Shown here: positions 1 through 13,659 of the stretch, one piece after another
Position numbering within the stretch: position 1 is the stretch's first letter
Layout: each line of letters starts with the position of its first letter
NCBI GenBank assembly: GCA_951406725.2
Contig: OX597817.1
Coordinates: 127,410,001 to 127,474,000, forward strand
Length of the DNA stretch: 64,000 nucleotides
Direction: 5' to 3'
Source of the DNA: Octopus vulgaris
Taxonomy: Eukaryota
The notes under the pieces: model-generated
Told to the model about the DNA's origin: nothing
Seen by the model: the letters and a program-made list of their open reading frames with translations, nothing else
Database searches by the model: none
Position numbers and translations under genes: made by a program

Positions 1-58
1 TTAGCTTCTGCTTTTTCCATGATCACGTGTGAGTATTTTATTTATATTCCCTCGAAAG

Positions 59-118
59 CTCTACTGAAGAAGAATGTATCCTTTATAGGATTAATTCCGA
101 AATTGATTCAATATAGAG
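59..118 (+). ncRNA. Minimal type I hammerhead ribozyme motif (PLE/retrozyme-type)
   Basis: Stem I CTCTA(59-63)/TAGAG(114-118); CTGAAGA core at 64-70; stem II GAAT/ATTC with an A-C mismatch at the first pair and an inner ATCCT/AGGAT hairpin; GAAA at 99-102; short stem III TTG/CAA; AUA triplet at 111-113. Confidence 0.7.
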
Positions 119-346
119 ATAACGAAATTTAAATTTTCTAAAGGTTAGTTGCCCGCTTTCAGTTCAATTTTCCTGTAACAAGTGGATTATAAGTGGATAA
201 ATCAGTGTATTGGCTTTAGAATAACCCTCTTTAGCCCTTAATTATAAGATGTTTATACTTCAACCGTAAAGGTCTTTTTAATATACTGCCACGCTTTTTG
301 ATGGAATCCTTTTCTGTAGAGAAAGGGACTTCATCCTATATTGTTA

Positions 347-384
<38 letters not shown>

Positions 385-1920
385 GGTTAAGTAATTGAGA
401 TTCTAATGAATTCTAAAGAATTCACATGAATATGGTCCTTAACTAGGATGCACCGGATATCTATATGGTGCTAACCATACGACAAGTGGGGTGATTACAA
501 ATAGGAAAAAAGCAACAAGAATGGATTAAAATCTCGGTACGATCGTTTCGTACGAGGACATCTTTAATAAGCTACAAAAAATGCAGTGAATACAGATGGC
601 TCGTACTCGTCAGCCGAAAAAATATCAGAGAATTCCCAAACATCAAAAGGGGTAGATACAAAAGAGGTTGTAAGATTAACTGCATTGAAGAAAGTTCGAT
701 TCATGGAGATCCGATGAAAGGTTTTAAACCTATAGAATTTATGCATGTCTACATATAGCTCATATTGAATATTTGATCAAGTTGTATGAAGAAATTTTCG
801 GATACAGTCATGCAAAATTTCTGAAAATCCGAGTAAGAGGCAAAGTGACTGCCATATCATGTAGAGGAAAGTCTGAGTAAAAACATAGTGACTGTCATAT
901 CGTGTAGAGTAACAGATTGTTATTGAAATTTACAAGAATCGCAGATAAGTTCGATTTTTTGGAGATCCGATGAAAAAGTCTTGAACTTACAAAATTTGTG
1001 TATGTCCTTATAGTTCATAATCCAGTTTTGTGGAGAGATTTAGGGTACAATCATGCGAAAATATCAGGGAATCCGAATGAGAAGCAAAATGACAGTCTTA
1101 TATTGTAGTGGTTCAGGTTGTTAATGAAATTTTCAAGAATCCCAGAAAGAGGAGGAAGGGGGTAGGAATTTACTCAGTTACTGCTATTTAAGCTGTCAAA
1201 GAGAAAGGAAAGGGGAAGCTAAGGGGATGGGCACAATTTGATACTAACAAAAAAGTCTAAGTTTGTTTAGAACAAAATTCGAACTGAGGTCAACAATTTA
1301 TTTCTTTATTTATAAATGTTACTATTAATAGATTGTCAGGTTACAAAGAGGTCATTAGAAAGGAAAGAAAAATGGGGTTGCTTATAAATGAAATTAAACA
1401 ATTATATTATTATTATACTAAACTATAATACACTACACTATATTAAATTATTTTGATATATTATATCACATCAATACACTACGATAGGTCTGGGATTAGC
1501 AGAATTAATTTTTAAAATGTAAAAGAAATTAAGAGATTTAACTAACTAATATTTGTAATGGGATAAAAAATAGACTAAGAAATGGAGATAAAAATAGAGC
1601 AAAATTTAATTTATTAATAATATGGTCCAATAGAAATAAATCAAATAATTTAAGTCAATAAGTATTAAATAGTACCATCAGAGAGAGAAAAATTTTTAAT
1701 CATAGCTAGTTAGAACTTATCTTTCCAGATAAATATATAATATACTATGTAGGAGTGATATGTAAGTCAAAATGAATTTTATGTAAAATGATTCATTTAT
1801 ATTTTAAATCATTTATATGTTAAATGATATTTTAAATCATATCTCATTTGATAACTGTATACTGGTTCTTTTTACATAGCAAACTATTTGGTAAAATTAT
1901 TAATTATTAATTAATTAATT
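385..1920 (-). mobile_element. Decayed Penelope-like element 3' region with hammerhead-bearing terminal repeat
   Basis: Contains the hammerhead at 533-618 and diverged internal repeats (GGAGATCCGATGAAA at about 706 and 961). Minus-strand frame fragments near 1250-1345 loosely resemble a PLE GIY-YIG C-terminus (CNL...NK.N.L). Flanked by (TA)n on both sides. Confidence 0.45.
533..618 (-). ncRNA. Type I hammerhead ribozyme with intact core
   Basis: Minus strand reads TCGG-CTGACGA-GTACGAG...CTCGTAC-GAAA-CGATCG-TA-CCGA. Stem I is 4-5 bp, stem II is a perfect 7 bp, stem III is palindromic, and the triplet is GUA. Confidence 0.88.
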
Positions 1921-1926
1921 TTACCC

Positions 1927-1973
<47 letters not shown>

Positions 1974-1994
1974 CAATAAACAGGCATACATATA

Positions 1995-2056
<62 letters not shown>

Positions 2057-2621
2057 TAAAGCGTGAGGTAATAGCGTGTTATCTATTGCTGATACTATAC
2101 AGTTCATCCAAAACTTGTATCGTGTTGTTTTCATTTTTCGAGTAACCACTTTTAAATATTGTGTATGTGTGCGTGTGTGTGTGTGTGTGTTTGTGTAACA
2201 GAGACAGGGAGGGTGGAAGAGCAAAAATGTATGTCTAACCACTTGTGTGAAGCATGACTTTGTGAAAGCAAGAATATAATGTAAATTTTCAATAGCTTTA
2301 CTGAAGTTGTTTCTTTATTCCAGTGGGTATGTTTATAGACACTGAATGTTTCTGTCGGCACGAGGCAGCTGAATATAAATATATACACACGCAGAAATAC
2401 ACACAGATATATACAAAACAAGACAAACTGACGCAGGCAACAAAGGAAAATTCTTTTTTAAACATTCCATCGATAATAGTGTTATACAGTCTGAATTTAG
2501 TTCAAATAATATCAATGGAAGTTATTTTAGAATATTAAATATATGTATACATATACGTGTGTGTGCGAGTGCGTGTGTGTGTGTGTCTGCATGTGTCCGT
2601 GTGTGTCTGTATGTGTGCGTG

Positions 2622-2653
<32 letters not shown>

Positions 2654-2667
2654 TGTATGTATATATA

Positions 2668-3908
2668 TTAGGCCATCTCATAACTAATGCGTTTTTTATA
2701 CTTATTTTCTTTTTCAAAATTAAGATAAAGTTCTTTTTTTTTAATTTAAAATATACACCCTACATTTTCTACAATGTTCTTCCATCTATCTGGGACATTT
2801 GCAAAGCAACTCTTCCAAAATTCATTTGTCCATGACGAAAAATACTGCAATGCTGTTCTGTTCTCTTCTACAGATTTCATATTTTTTTCTGTCCAAATGA
2901 TTTTAAGACTGAGAGGAATAAATAATAATCAGATGGGGCAATGTCCGGCAAATATGGTGGGTGGAGCATCGTTTCCCATTCAAGCTGCTCCAGCCTTTGA
3001 TGTGTCATCCTTCCTGTATGTGGCTGGGAATTATTCTGATGGGAAAACACCTTTCGTCTTCAAACCAAAGATGGTCGCCTTTCTTCTGGCGCTTACATAA
3101 GCTACTCAAGCTGCACTCAGTAGATCTTTATGATCGTTTGGTCTGGGTTTTAAATTTCAAAGCGAATTAACCCTTTCACATCCCACCAAACATCACCTTA
3201 CGTGGGTGAAGATCTTCTTTAGTCTGGGGTGCTGGTGTTTCGCCTTTCCCTATTCGCTGTCTTCGGCGCTTGACATTTTCACTATTCGGTTCAAAACAGG
3301 TTCATTCGAGGGACATGACAGCAAAGAAAAGTGCGCATTCACTCTCTGCGCGCGATCAGACTCGGAAAGTTTGTGAGGAACCCATTGACCTAATTTGCTG
3401 ACTTTTCCAATGGCACGCAGGTCTCGATAAATGGCTGAATGAGCAAATCCAAGCTTCTCTGCAAGTTCCACAACAGTTACGATGGGACTCTGTTCCACTA
3501 TGTTTTGCAGGACATTCTCGTCGATCTCAACAAATCTTCCAGTTCGAGACTCGTCTTTTAGGCTTTAATTTTCGGTTCGGAATTTCTGGAACTATCGTTG
3601 GCACTAGCTTAAGCTTCTTGTCGTATCCCATATACTGCATTATTATTCCTCGCCTTTCTCACTGCGTTGTTGCATTTATTGGACTCACAAAGCAAAATAT
3701 GTAGAATATGCTCTTTTGTCACTTCGATTATAGCTTTGAAAAAATAACTGTTAAAATCGAACTACACTCTGCAAAACTGCACTGAGAATAAGCACAAGGT
3801 AAAATTACAACCTGCTTTTATAGCAAGTTGATGCAGGTAGTTAATCCTGTCCCCCTCCGACTTTTAGTTCATGCAATTGAAAAATACCTATTATTTGAGA
3901 TGACCTAA
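2668..3908 (-). mobile_element. Mariner (Tc1/mariner) DNA transposon with decayed transposase
   Basis: TIRs TTAGGCCATCTCA.../...TGAGATGACCTAA with TA duplications at 2666-2667 and 3909-3910; 1241 bp. Minus-strand peptides ELAEKLGFAHSAIYRDL...LGQWVPHKL (WVPHEL motif) and HPPYLPDIAPSDYYLF (YSPDLAP motif); frameshifts and stops. Confidence 0.93.
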
Positions 3909-3934
3909 TATATATATATATATATGTATAATAT

Positions 3935-4155
3935 CTTTCGGTTGTGAAGCGGTGGCGGGACACACACACACACACACACGTATATACATATACATACGAA
4001 GGAATTCTTTCAGTTTCTGGCTAACAAATCCACTCCCAAGATTTTGGGCGGCCCGACGCTATATAGACTATACCTTCCCAAGGTGCCACTCAGTGTGACC
4101 TAACCTAGAACCAAATAATTGGAAAGCGTATTTCTGACCACCCAGCCACGCCCGA
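3935..4155 (-). mobile_element. tRNA-derived SINE family B, partial and diverged
   Basis: Similar to the 5' half of the copy at 44371-44785 (CTTTCAGTTTC..AAATCCACTC..CAAGGTGCCAC). Confidence 0.7.
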
Positions 4156-4799
4156 TTTTATGTTTCTGTTTGTATATTTGTTTACTCCTAAATTGAAATA
4201 TGTATACGTATTATTAAATAAATAAGAGATATACCTATGCGTATATATGTATGTGTTTGTGTGTTATCTTTGAGTCAGGAGTGAGGTAATACTCATGCCA
4301 CTATGAGACTAATGGCTGGTAGGATGTAAGTTATTCTAAACCAGAAATCTAAAGATGGCAGGTGCTTTCGTTAAAAGAAGCGATACTTCACGTCTTTCAC
4401 AACAGCAGGATTTAACTACGGGAAGCAAAATACCAGTAAAAATTTCACAAAGTATCAGGCCCGATACTCGCCTAGTTCCATTGATCAACCACCTGGGATT
4501 ATTGTTTTTTATCGTCCTCGATAGATGAGAAGCGAAGTTGACCTCGATGGGAATTGAAATTGCATTCAGATAATTAAGTGATATCTTTAAATGTGTGTGT
4601 GTGTCAGTGCGTGAGTGTGTATGTTTGTAATGGTGTGTATGTATGTATGTATGTATGTATGTATGTATGTATGTATGTATGTATGTTTGTATGTATGTGT
4701 GTATGTATGTATGTATGTAGAATACTGATGATGACCACCTGAATTGTTGATATAAATCATTATTAATGAAAGTATAAGCCGTTTAATAGATGACTATTG

Positions 4800-6400
4800 A
4801 ATTCCTTTTGAAACGTCATCTCTCATGTATGACGAGATATCATTATCTTGTTCTTAATAGAAATCCTCTACCTGATGCACTGTGTTACAGATACTCTCTC
4901 ATTATTAACTGCATATGTCATAACTTAATTGTATAAATGACACGTGTCTAAATCAACCAAATTACTCTAGAACAAGTTCACGTAGATATCAAAACATTTA
5001 CTTAATTTATTACTTTTATTCTAGTGTAGTTAGTTTGCATGCTGCATATTTATTTTAATTTCTTGACTATTTATATTCGTCTGCTTGTCGATTTGGGTTG
5101 CACTCCTCTATCTGTGTACCCTATTTCTACACCGGTGTGCAACTGCTGAGCTTGTTGCTTGAATTCATCGACAAGATCAAGACAATGTTTGTATCAAACC
5201 TGAAGATGGTTCGCACCAAAGTGAAAAATTCTCTAAATTTCTTAAATGTTTGAAAGTGAGAATCTTGTTACTATGTTGTATCTCACAGCGTTTCATTCTC
5301 CAGCAATGAATATACAAAGTATGTCTTCCTATAGGTTGTGCTAATTCCGCCATTGCCTTTTCGTACATCTTGAAATGAATTTGAAAATCTCACTTTTGAA
5401 AGAAATTGCAAAAATGTGACTAACCCATACAGTATATTCTCTTCTCATAACGCTGGCAATATGTAATGTTTCGTTGGCATTCAACCAGTTGGTACAGCAA
5501 TGATGTTATATATGGGTCAAACTAACAGATTGAAAACACAATATCGTATGCGTTCTATCATGTGAACTTTGCGCCTTCTTTGTAGAAGTTGCTTGACTGA
5601 AATAAGTCTATTGTCAACAGTTTATATCAATGTATATGCCAATATTTTGAGATGAAGGGAAAGTTTCTAATTGAGCAATATTAATCAAGAATAACCGTTT
5701 ACTAAATTTGACAAATCGTCATTCGCAATATTCATACGCACTACAAAATGACCAGCAGAAATGACATTAAGTGATGCACAAAACATTGGCATTAGCAGCA
5801 ACACAAACACGCTCCAAATTATTTTCAGCTGAAAGACGGAAGCAAAAAATAATGTTTGAAGCAAAAATTTAGATGAAAAAAGAATAAACTGGGCAAACAA
5901 CAAACTGCCGAAACAGTATTTCATCTTTTCTAACGTTTTGTTACAAATGGAATGATTCAGCATGGAAGAGCTCAAAGAAACATGTACGTCATAAGATATG
6001 TCTGAAAAGATAATGGATCCTTGCTATAAGCAAAGGGAGAAGATAATCTCTCTGGTGGACTTCTATAAGTCTTTCCTAGCTGAGTTTGATAAACCCAAGG
6101 TGTCCTATGGCAAGAAATGTGGTGTATAAAAAACAGAGCATGTCGGTGTTTTGAGACCAAGAAGAAAGCAAGAAACATGTAGAATTGGTGTGGCACATGC
6201 CAATTAGCAAATCGTTCCACAGATTCTCAAGGATTATGTCCCGAGCTATTGATAAACTCAATATTGTATTTTCACAGAAGGGTTTATATGGAATTTCAAG
6301 TTTAAATGGTCCTTCGGAAATCAGAAGCTTATCTTGAGTTTTATTGCGTGAGCAGCGAAGGAAAACAGAAAGGCAATCAGATTTGATGCTAAGCACGAAA
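4800..6400 (-). pseudogene. Highly decayed Penelope-like RT relic
   Basis: Fragmentary peptides LISEGPFKLEIP (KGPKF-like), FSSKFLLQTL and a degenerate GIPMG/FRYIDD-like region in the expected order; many stops. Confidence 0.35.
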
Positions 6401-6688
6401 GCAATTTAGTTTCTACATGGGTGGTAATAAAAGTGACTTGAGTATTCTCTACCAAAAGGAAGTGTAAAAATAGGTAGTAAAATCTCGCAAACGATTTGTT
6501 GTGGTATTTTTCTGGATGTTCACGTTCTGAGTTTAAAACCCACCGGAGTCAACTATGCCTTTCATCTTTCTGAGGTCGATAAAGCAAAGCACCGGTCCAG
6601 TAATGGTCTTGGCGGTGTCGATTGACTCTCTCCTCCTTGTGACTAATTCGGAATCAATTGCTGATATTATCACCATTCCTCTCCTGTC

Positions 6689-6917
6689 TTACTCTTTTAC
6701 TCTTTTATTTGTTTCAGTCATTTGACTGCGGCCATGCTGTAGCACCGCATTTAGTCGAACAAATCAACCCCAGGACTTATTCTTTGTAAGCCTAGTACTA
6801 TGCGTATCGTTCTCTTTTGCTGAACTGCTAAGTTACGGGTACATAAACACACCAATATCTGTTGTCAAGTGATGGTGGGGTGACAAACACAGACGCACAA
6901 GCACTTGCACACACACG

Positions 6918-6976
<59 letters not shown>

Positions 6977-7152
6977 TTACATACGTTACGACGGGCTTCT
7001 TTCAGTTTCCGGCTACCAAATCTACTCGGAAGGCTTTCGTCAGCCTGTGGCTATAGTAGAATACACTTGACCAAGGTTCCACGCAGTAGGACTGAATCTA
7101 GAACCATATGGCTGGGAAGCAAGCTTCTTACTACAAAGTCACTCCTGTGCCT
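6689..7152 (-). mobile_element. tRNA-derived SINE family B, near full length
   Basis: Reverse complement of the 44371-44785 consensus, including the internal (CA)/(TA) tract and GAGTAAAA-type tail. Confidence 0.85.
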
Positions 7153-7528
7153 TGGTTTTTGTTTTTTTTTAATACAGGTTCTATGTTTGATGCAGATTTT
7201 AAATAATAGTGAAAATAACAAAACTAGCATATTTCGATCCGCACGCGGACCTTTATCTTTGGAACCTTTTGCCCGCCGCACTAAAAAGATTCCCCACCCC
7301 TGATGTAAAGGATGGTGATGGTCGCGGGGTTCTGGGAATAGAGAAACTAGTGGAGATATTGTAATATTAATACTTTTGTAGTAGAGCTAGTGGTTCTATT
7401 ATATTTGTGATGTTTCTGTTAGTGGTAGTAGTCTAATTATAGTTCTGGTAGTGGTTGTAGTTGCAGTGATAGTATTGTAGTCATGGTGATGTTGTAGCAG
7501 TGGTTTTAAAGATTATGCTAATGCTTCT

Positions 7529-7764
7529 TATTTCTTTACTACCAACAAGGGGCTAAACACAGAGGGGACAAACAAGGACAGACAAATTGATTAAGTCGGT
7601 TATATCGACCCCAGTGCGTAACTGGTACTTATTTAATCGACCCCGAAAGGATGAAAGGCAAATTCGACCTCGGCGGAATTTGAACTCAGAACGTAACGGC
7701 AGACGAAATACCGCTAAGCATTTCGCCCGGCGTGCTAACGTTTCTGCCAGCTCGCCGCCTTCTG
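7529..7764 (-). mobile_element. tRNA-derived SINE family A with 13-bp target-site duplication
   Basis: Head GGCGGCGAGCTGGCAGAAACGTTAGC, B-box-like GAGTTCAAATT, central GCCTTTCATCCTTTCGGGGTCG. TSD TGCTAATGCTTCT at 7516-7528 and 7765-7777. Confidence 0.9.
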
Positions 7765-8220
7765 TGCTAATGCTTCTGCGGAGCTAGTATTGTGGTGGAA
7801 TTGTACTGGAGGGGTTACTCGGGTTATTAACTGCGCTGTTGCTAGTTCTCCTTTTTGTGGTGATAGTGGCGGTGGTGGCGACGATGGTGGTACCGATGAT
7901 GATAATGATGATAATTGTGAAGGTCGCTGTTGAAGCTGCTCCAACTGCTGATGACGATGATGATCATCATCATTATCATTATCAGTATGATCACTATCGT
8001 CAACATCGTTGTCACATCATCATCGTCATCGTAACCATGATGACGACGGCAAGAATGTGAGTAGTAAGGATGAGGAGAGAGAAGAGAAGGTGAACTGTTA
8101 ATGAAGATGCTGACGATTGCTTGGGTAACGATGATAAATGATAAATAGTGATAATCATTAATGAGGAAAGTGGTGGTGTATCAGTAATTACAATACAGCA
8201 GCTGCTTTTTGCAGTACACA

Positions 8221-8333
8221 AGATGATGATGATGATGATAATGACGATGATGATGATGATGATGATGTGGATGATGATGATGATGATGATGAAGATGATG
8301 TGGATAATGATGATGATGATGATAATGATGATG

Positions 8334-8372
<39 letters not shown>

Positions 8373-8396
8373 TGGATGATGATGATGATGATGATG

Positions 8397-8429
<33 letters not shown>

Positions 8430-8645
8430 TGGATGATGATGATGATGATGATATCGTGGATGATGATGATGATGACGATGATGATGGTGTGGATGATGAA
8501 GATGATGATGACGACGATGATGATGATGATAACGAAGGCAATGATGTCAATAAGTATGAGGATAACGATGACGATGATCATATCAACAACAACGGCCATT
8601 ACGATGATGGTGATATCGTTAATGATGATCATGACGACGACGACG
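8221..8645. repeat. Imperfect (GAT)n microsatellite with periodic GTG interruptions
   Basis: Read directly; it generates the poly-D/M/I/S ORFs in the track. Confidence 0.95.
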
Positions 8646-9411
8646 CCGAGTACAAGGACGGCTTCGATGACAACGGAAAGGAAGGCAGCTGAGGGAGGTG
8701 ATGAACCTTATGATAACGACGGGCGCGATTGACATCACGACCTATTCAGAACCTAGATGTAATGCTCACAACTATTACACTGTTACACGAAGTGTAGGAG
8801 TAGGAGCAGGAGTCAGAAGATCAAGCCAGTAGTGCTACCTGGATGAGGGGGCGTATGATAACTTTTTCAAACCTATTTTAAACGTGGCCTATTGACATTT
8901 GTTCAATTCCATTTGTATTGCGTAGTTGTTATCTAACTCCTCCTACATCATTTTATCGATTTTGATAAGAGGAGAACTCATGTCTGGAAGCCTCATGGCA
9001 TACTCAAATTGTTAAAAAATTTTATAATAGGGCCTCTTGAAAGGATCCCTATATATAACAAATATAAATTATTTTAACTGCCAAGGTAAATAACCCATTC
9101 ATTTTCCTATATTATTTGGTATAAATCAAATTGAGTATGCTTATTTCTTTGTATTTGAACTGTTAGAGTTATATTCACAATTTATCCAGAAAAACCCTTC
9201 AACAAGTAAATAGTATTTTCCTAAATAATAGATCCAGTTATTCCGGTTAGTGACTTATTCACGAATATACCATAAATGACAATGCCATTCAAGTCACTTC
9301 AGTCAATTGACAAGCGCTGCATGAAGAACTGTTCTGCTTTTAGCCAAATACACTGTCAACACAAAGGTCACATCTTGTTTACATGTAGGAACATCTTCCT
9401 AAAATATATCT

Positions 9412-10100
9412 CTTCATCTTGAAAATGGCCAGCGTGTATATTTCACAGAAGACAATGCTCGAAACGTAGTTCTGAATCCATGAGAAACCCCTTTGACAGC
9501 TTTCTTCAAATTATGCTAATGTGATCTGTTTGCCCGGACACTGTTGTGTGTAGAGGTCCCCGTGTACTATAACTGGGCACACAATAGATGGAACAGACGC
9601 AAGCAAGGAACACACATTGAGGGCTGGGAAGAATAGAGTCTTCAGAAGTGGGGCCATCGTTCGGATGTACACTGTGCACCCTAATCAGCGGGAGTGCTTC
9701 TTTCTGCACCTACTGCTTTACACTGTTTGAGGTCCTACATCATTCACAGACTTTCGAAGACATAATGGATGGTATGCACGGCCTATAAAGAAGCTTGCGC
9801 CAAACATGGGCTACTCGAGGACGATGTTCACTGGGACCAGACACTGGAGGAGGCAGCAGTCAGTACAGCACTGAGTCAACTGCACCAGCTATTTTCTATC
9901 TCGTTGATGACCTGAGGCTTGCGTGAACCTCACAGGCTTTGGGCGATCCACAAAACCAGCATGGCAGGGAACTTCTAGAAAGTGTTTCAAATGCAAACCT
10001 CGGGAGAAATTGCCACGTTCAATAACGCCATTTACAATGAGGCATTACTTGACCTGGACACCCAAGTGGAAGCTATGGGAGGTCAAGGCAATTCCACATT
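9412..10100 (+). mobile_element. Helitron Rep-helicase coding fragment (pseudogenised)
   Basis: Translates across stops and frameshifts to HLENGQRVYFTEDNA...LTAFFKLC...FARTLL..EVP, VHPNQRECFFLHLLL..GPTSF..AYKEACAKHGLLEDDVHWDQTLEEAA...IYNEALLDL, characteristic of the Helitron region between Rep and the PIF1 helicase. Confidence 0.9.
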
Positions 10101-10215
10101 TGATTATTACATAACTGACCTCACAATTTCGGTATTCATAACTTATTGGGAATTCCTAAAACTGTGTAAGACAGTTCAGTATTCTCTGAAAATGCGCAAA
10201 GATGTACATATATAC

Positions 10216-10278
<63 letters not shown>

Positions 10279-10399
10279 ACTCCCCCATCGAAGATGAAGT
10301 ATGAGTGATCTGCTTTTGCCGAAGGGCCTGCACAAATGATTTTGATAATAATGATAAAATGTATCTGGTGTACATTAGTTTACTTCCCCCGACCCATCA

Positions 10400-10530
10400 A
10401 ATCAAGGTTGCATGAACAGGTATACCAGATATCAGGTGTTGAAGTGATTGCAGAGCAACATGAGGTGAAGTAATTTTTGCTCAAGAACACAACACAACAC
10501 TCGGTCTAGGAATTGAAACCACGATCTCAC
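10400..10530 (-). mobile_element. tRNA-derived SINE fragment related to family C
   Basis: Minus strand GTTTCAATTCC..TGTGTTCTTGAGCAA..TCATGTTGCTC resembles 37092-37395. Confidence 0.55.
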
Positions 10531-10621
10531 TAGGTCCTGGTCTCTCCGTATATATATATATGCGTGTGTGTGTGTGCGTGTATGTATGTATGTATGTATG
10601 TATGTATGTATGTATGTATGT

Positions 10622-10652
<31 letters not shown>

Positions 10653-10734
10653 CATAGATAGATAGATGATGGATGGATGGATGGATGGATGGATCAAAAC
10701 TGTAAAAGAGTAAAAGAGTACAGATTATCTGTTA

Positions 10735-10937
10735 TCTTTTACTTGTTCAGTCATTAGAATGTGGCCATGCTGGGGAACCGCCTTAAATTTTTAGTCGAAC
10801 AAATAGACCCCCAAGACTTTTTTTTTTAAAACCTGGTACTTATTTTATCAGTTCTTTTTGCCGAACCGCTTGTTACGGGGACGCAAACACACCAACACCG
10901 GTTGTCAAATAGTGGTGGGCGAACAAACACAGACACA

Positions 10938-10985
<48 letters not shown>
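10735..10985 (-). mobile_element. SINE family B, 3' part
   Basis: GGCCATGCTGG..TTAGTCGAACAAAT..CCGAACCGCT..CGGTTGTCAA matches the family B body. Confidence 0.75.
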
Positions 10986-12370
10986 TATATACACAAACAT
11001 ATATATACACTTACCCAAGTTTGTGTATTTGCTTAAAAATGAAGATTTCTCTAACTACTACTTAGCGTTTCTCACTATCTGCTTAAATTCAGCAAAATGA
11101 GAGTCAGGAGAATCTGATTGTGCACTCAGATGCACCGTCCTTAAATAAACAAGGTTATGTTGTTACTATTTAGGTGATAAATTGCACAGAAACACAGTTG
11201 TACAGGATTTTGATAGATGCCTAATTGTCATGTAACTCAAGATTGGGGTGATATTACAATGAAGGAGCTAGTATTTGTCAGGTGTGAAGGATTTGGTTTT
11301 GAATTAATACAGAGGTGAATCATTGCATGGTGTTTCTGTGTGTCTATACCTATGATGTTGAGTGGATGTTTGGCTGTTAGCCGATCTGTTGTTGCAAGTT
11401 TTTCAGTGAGAATTTATCAATACGAGCGTACAAGAAATTATTTCGGTATTCTAAATCAAAACACATCTCTCTGTCAAAAATGATATTGTTGCCAAGGAAT
11501 AAAAATATTATTAACTCTTTCCTCCACTTGATTATGTAGTTGTACCTTCAACGAGTTTCTTAAATTCATTACTGTTCCGTATCATTCCGTATGATGGATT
11601 CAGTGTTGATTTCAAATCTGAATGTAAAAGAGGGAATATGTTGGATACATCTGGTTTTAAGTTCATTTCCTCTCGGCATTTTGCAAGATTTACAATACTA
11701 ACTTCAATTACCTTGCACTATATACAAATGCCTTTGTTAGTCACGAGATGGTATTTTCGGTGCTATTTCTGTGATTTGATTTGTAGTTGAATATTTTAGG
11801 TGAAATAATGTCAAATTATAAGAGTATAACCTTAATCTTCATTGTTTTCTCATCAAGTGAAAGACTGTACAAACTATATTAGATGATACTCTGACGCTAT
11901 GAGAAAGACTCAATTATTCAAACAACTAATCTCTCCATCTATCTATTATTTTGCGGTAATGCAACATATATTTTATTTAAACTTTCTAGATACTTATTAA
12001 CGCAGTAAAGTAATTTTTCGCTCGATTTAATATATTTCCGTCGGAGAATAGGTTTGACACCCACCAACCTACTCTATAGGTTAATTTTCATGATTGTCAG
12101 AATGCTTAAGTGTTTTGTTTACATGTACGAAAGTTTTCATTGCCAACGGTATTTTAACATTAAATTTCTTGATTATACTCATTTATTTTTGGCTGTTTAT
12201 CATATAAGCTATGAAACATATTTAGTAATTGCATATGAAAGATTGAAACCTCTCATGAAGTATGTTTGAAAGAGGATACAGTATGTTTGGGTATCGATTC
12301 GTACTCAGTTGGTCGTTTCATATGTATTTGCGTGTGTGTGTGTGTGTGTGAATGTATGTATGTATGTATG

Positions 12371-12425
<55 letters not shown>

Positions 12426-12599
12426 GTATATATATGTGCATATATATATGTGTGCATATATATACACATACACACACACACACGCATATATATATATATA
12501 TATATGTAGATATATATATATATATCCTCGTACAGTGTATTTTAAGAGTAAGCTCTTTCGTTCATTTTTTTTTTGAAGCATATATGTTCTGTTCTAATG

Positions 12600-13480
12600 T
12601 ATATAAGGGAAGTTGTTTTCAGTGTTGAGTATTTTCAGTTTAGTTTCTGATTTAGAATTCTTATATAAAATTTTTCTTTGTCTTTCGTACTTGATCATTT
12701 TCATCTTTTATTTTGTAAAAGTAGAAAATTTTAAATGTTCCATTTGCATAAATGTCTTGATGTCTACTACACGAAATGCAATCTGTACATTTGCACGTTT
12801 GGCTAGTTTTGTCGCTGTTTCCCAATTCGCGGTGCATTGTGATATAGGATACAATAGATGAGATGAGACTTTTGTTTTTCAATTATTGTCTGTCGTCTCT
12901 TTCAATTCCTTTGCATTTTTTGATCTGTGCGTTGATCCTTCTTCAATTATTTTATAGGTTCCACAACGTGCTTCACCACAATTTGCTATCATAATTATTT
13001 CTTTCTCCGATGTGAATCGCGATTTTCGTGGGGGTTTCTTGAGATCTGGTGGTTTTCTTCGGCTTGTGGTGATTTGTGATTTTCAAATATTTGTCAGAAA
13101 TTCGATGACTATGCCGAAGTATCGTTTGTTTGAAACTACGACGTTGTAGTTCTTAGGATAATGGGTAACTACAAATTAAATATTTTGATTGTGATATCTT
13201 TTGCTTTTGTATAGAATTTTTCATTGGCTCCATGTGTTATTTCTATTTTTGAATGGCCATATCTAGTTGAAACTTTCGTTTCCCTCTATTTGTGTCATAT
13301 ATACGTCTTGAATAATATATTCGCTTTTGTATGAGAAAAGTGGTCAGATCTGAAATCTAAATATTCTTGCGTGTCTGTGTCATTGCAATAGCCCAGAATA
13401 CATGTGTCCGAAAAGCTGAATCCAAACACGTTTATACGCAAAAAGCACTCTTTGCGAAAACTTCATACTCAAAGCTCGAT
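12600..13480 (-). pseudogene. Penelope-like GIY-YIG endonuclease relic
   Basis: Minus-strand fragments NCGEARCGT..IEEG, SSIVSYIT and RHQDIYANGTFKIFYFYKIKDEN..RKTKKNFI resemble a PLE C-terminus. Confidence 0.55.
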
Positions 13481-13627
13481 ATTCTGGTAACTAAACAATT
13501 TTGAAATAATTAATAACTTTTAAAAGTGATTTTAAACTAACTTTCTCCATATGAGTGTGTGTGTATTGTGTGTGAATATGTATGTGTGTGTTAGCATGTG
13601 TGTGTGTGTTTGTGTATATATGTGTGT

Positions 13628-13659
<32 letters not shown>

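Noticed and set aside
8012-8732. Long poly-Asp, poly-Met, poly-Ile and poly-Ser ORFs, superficially like acidic biomineral proteins
   Set aside because: They are alternative frames of a (GAT)n microsatellite, with no signal peptide or splice context.
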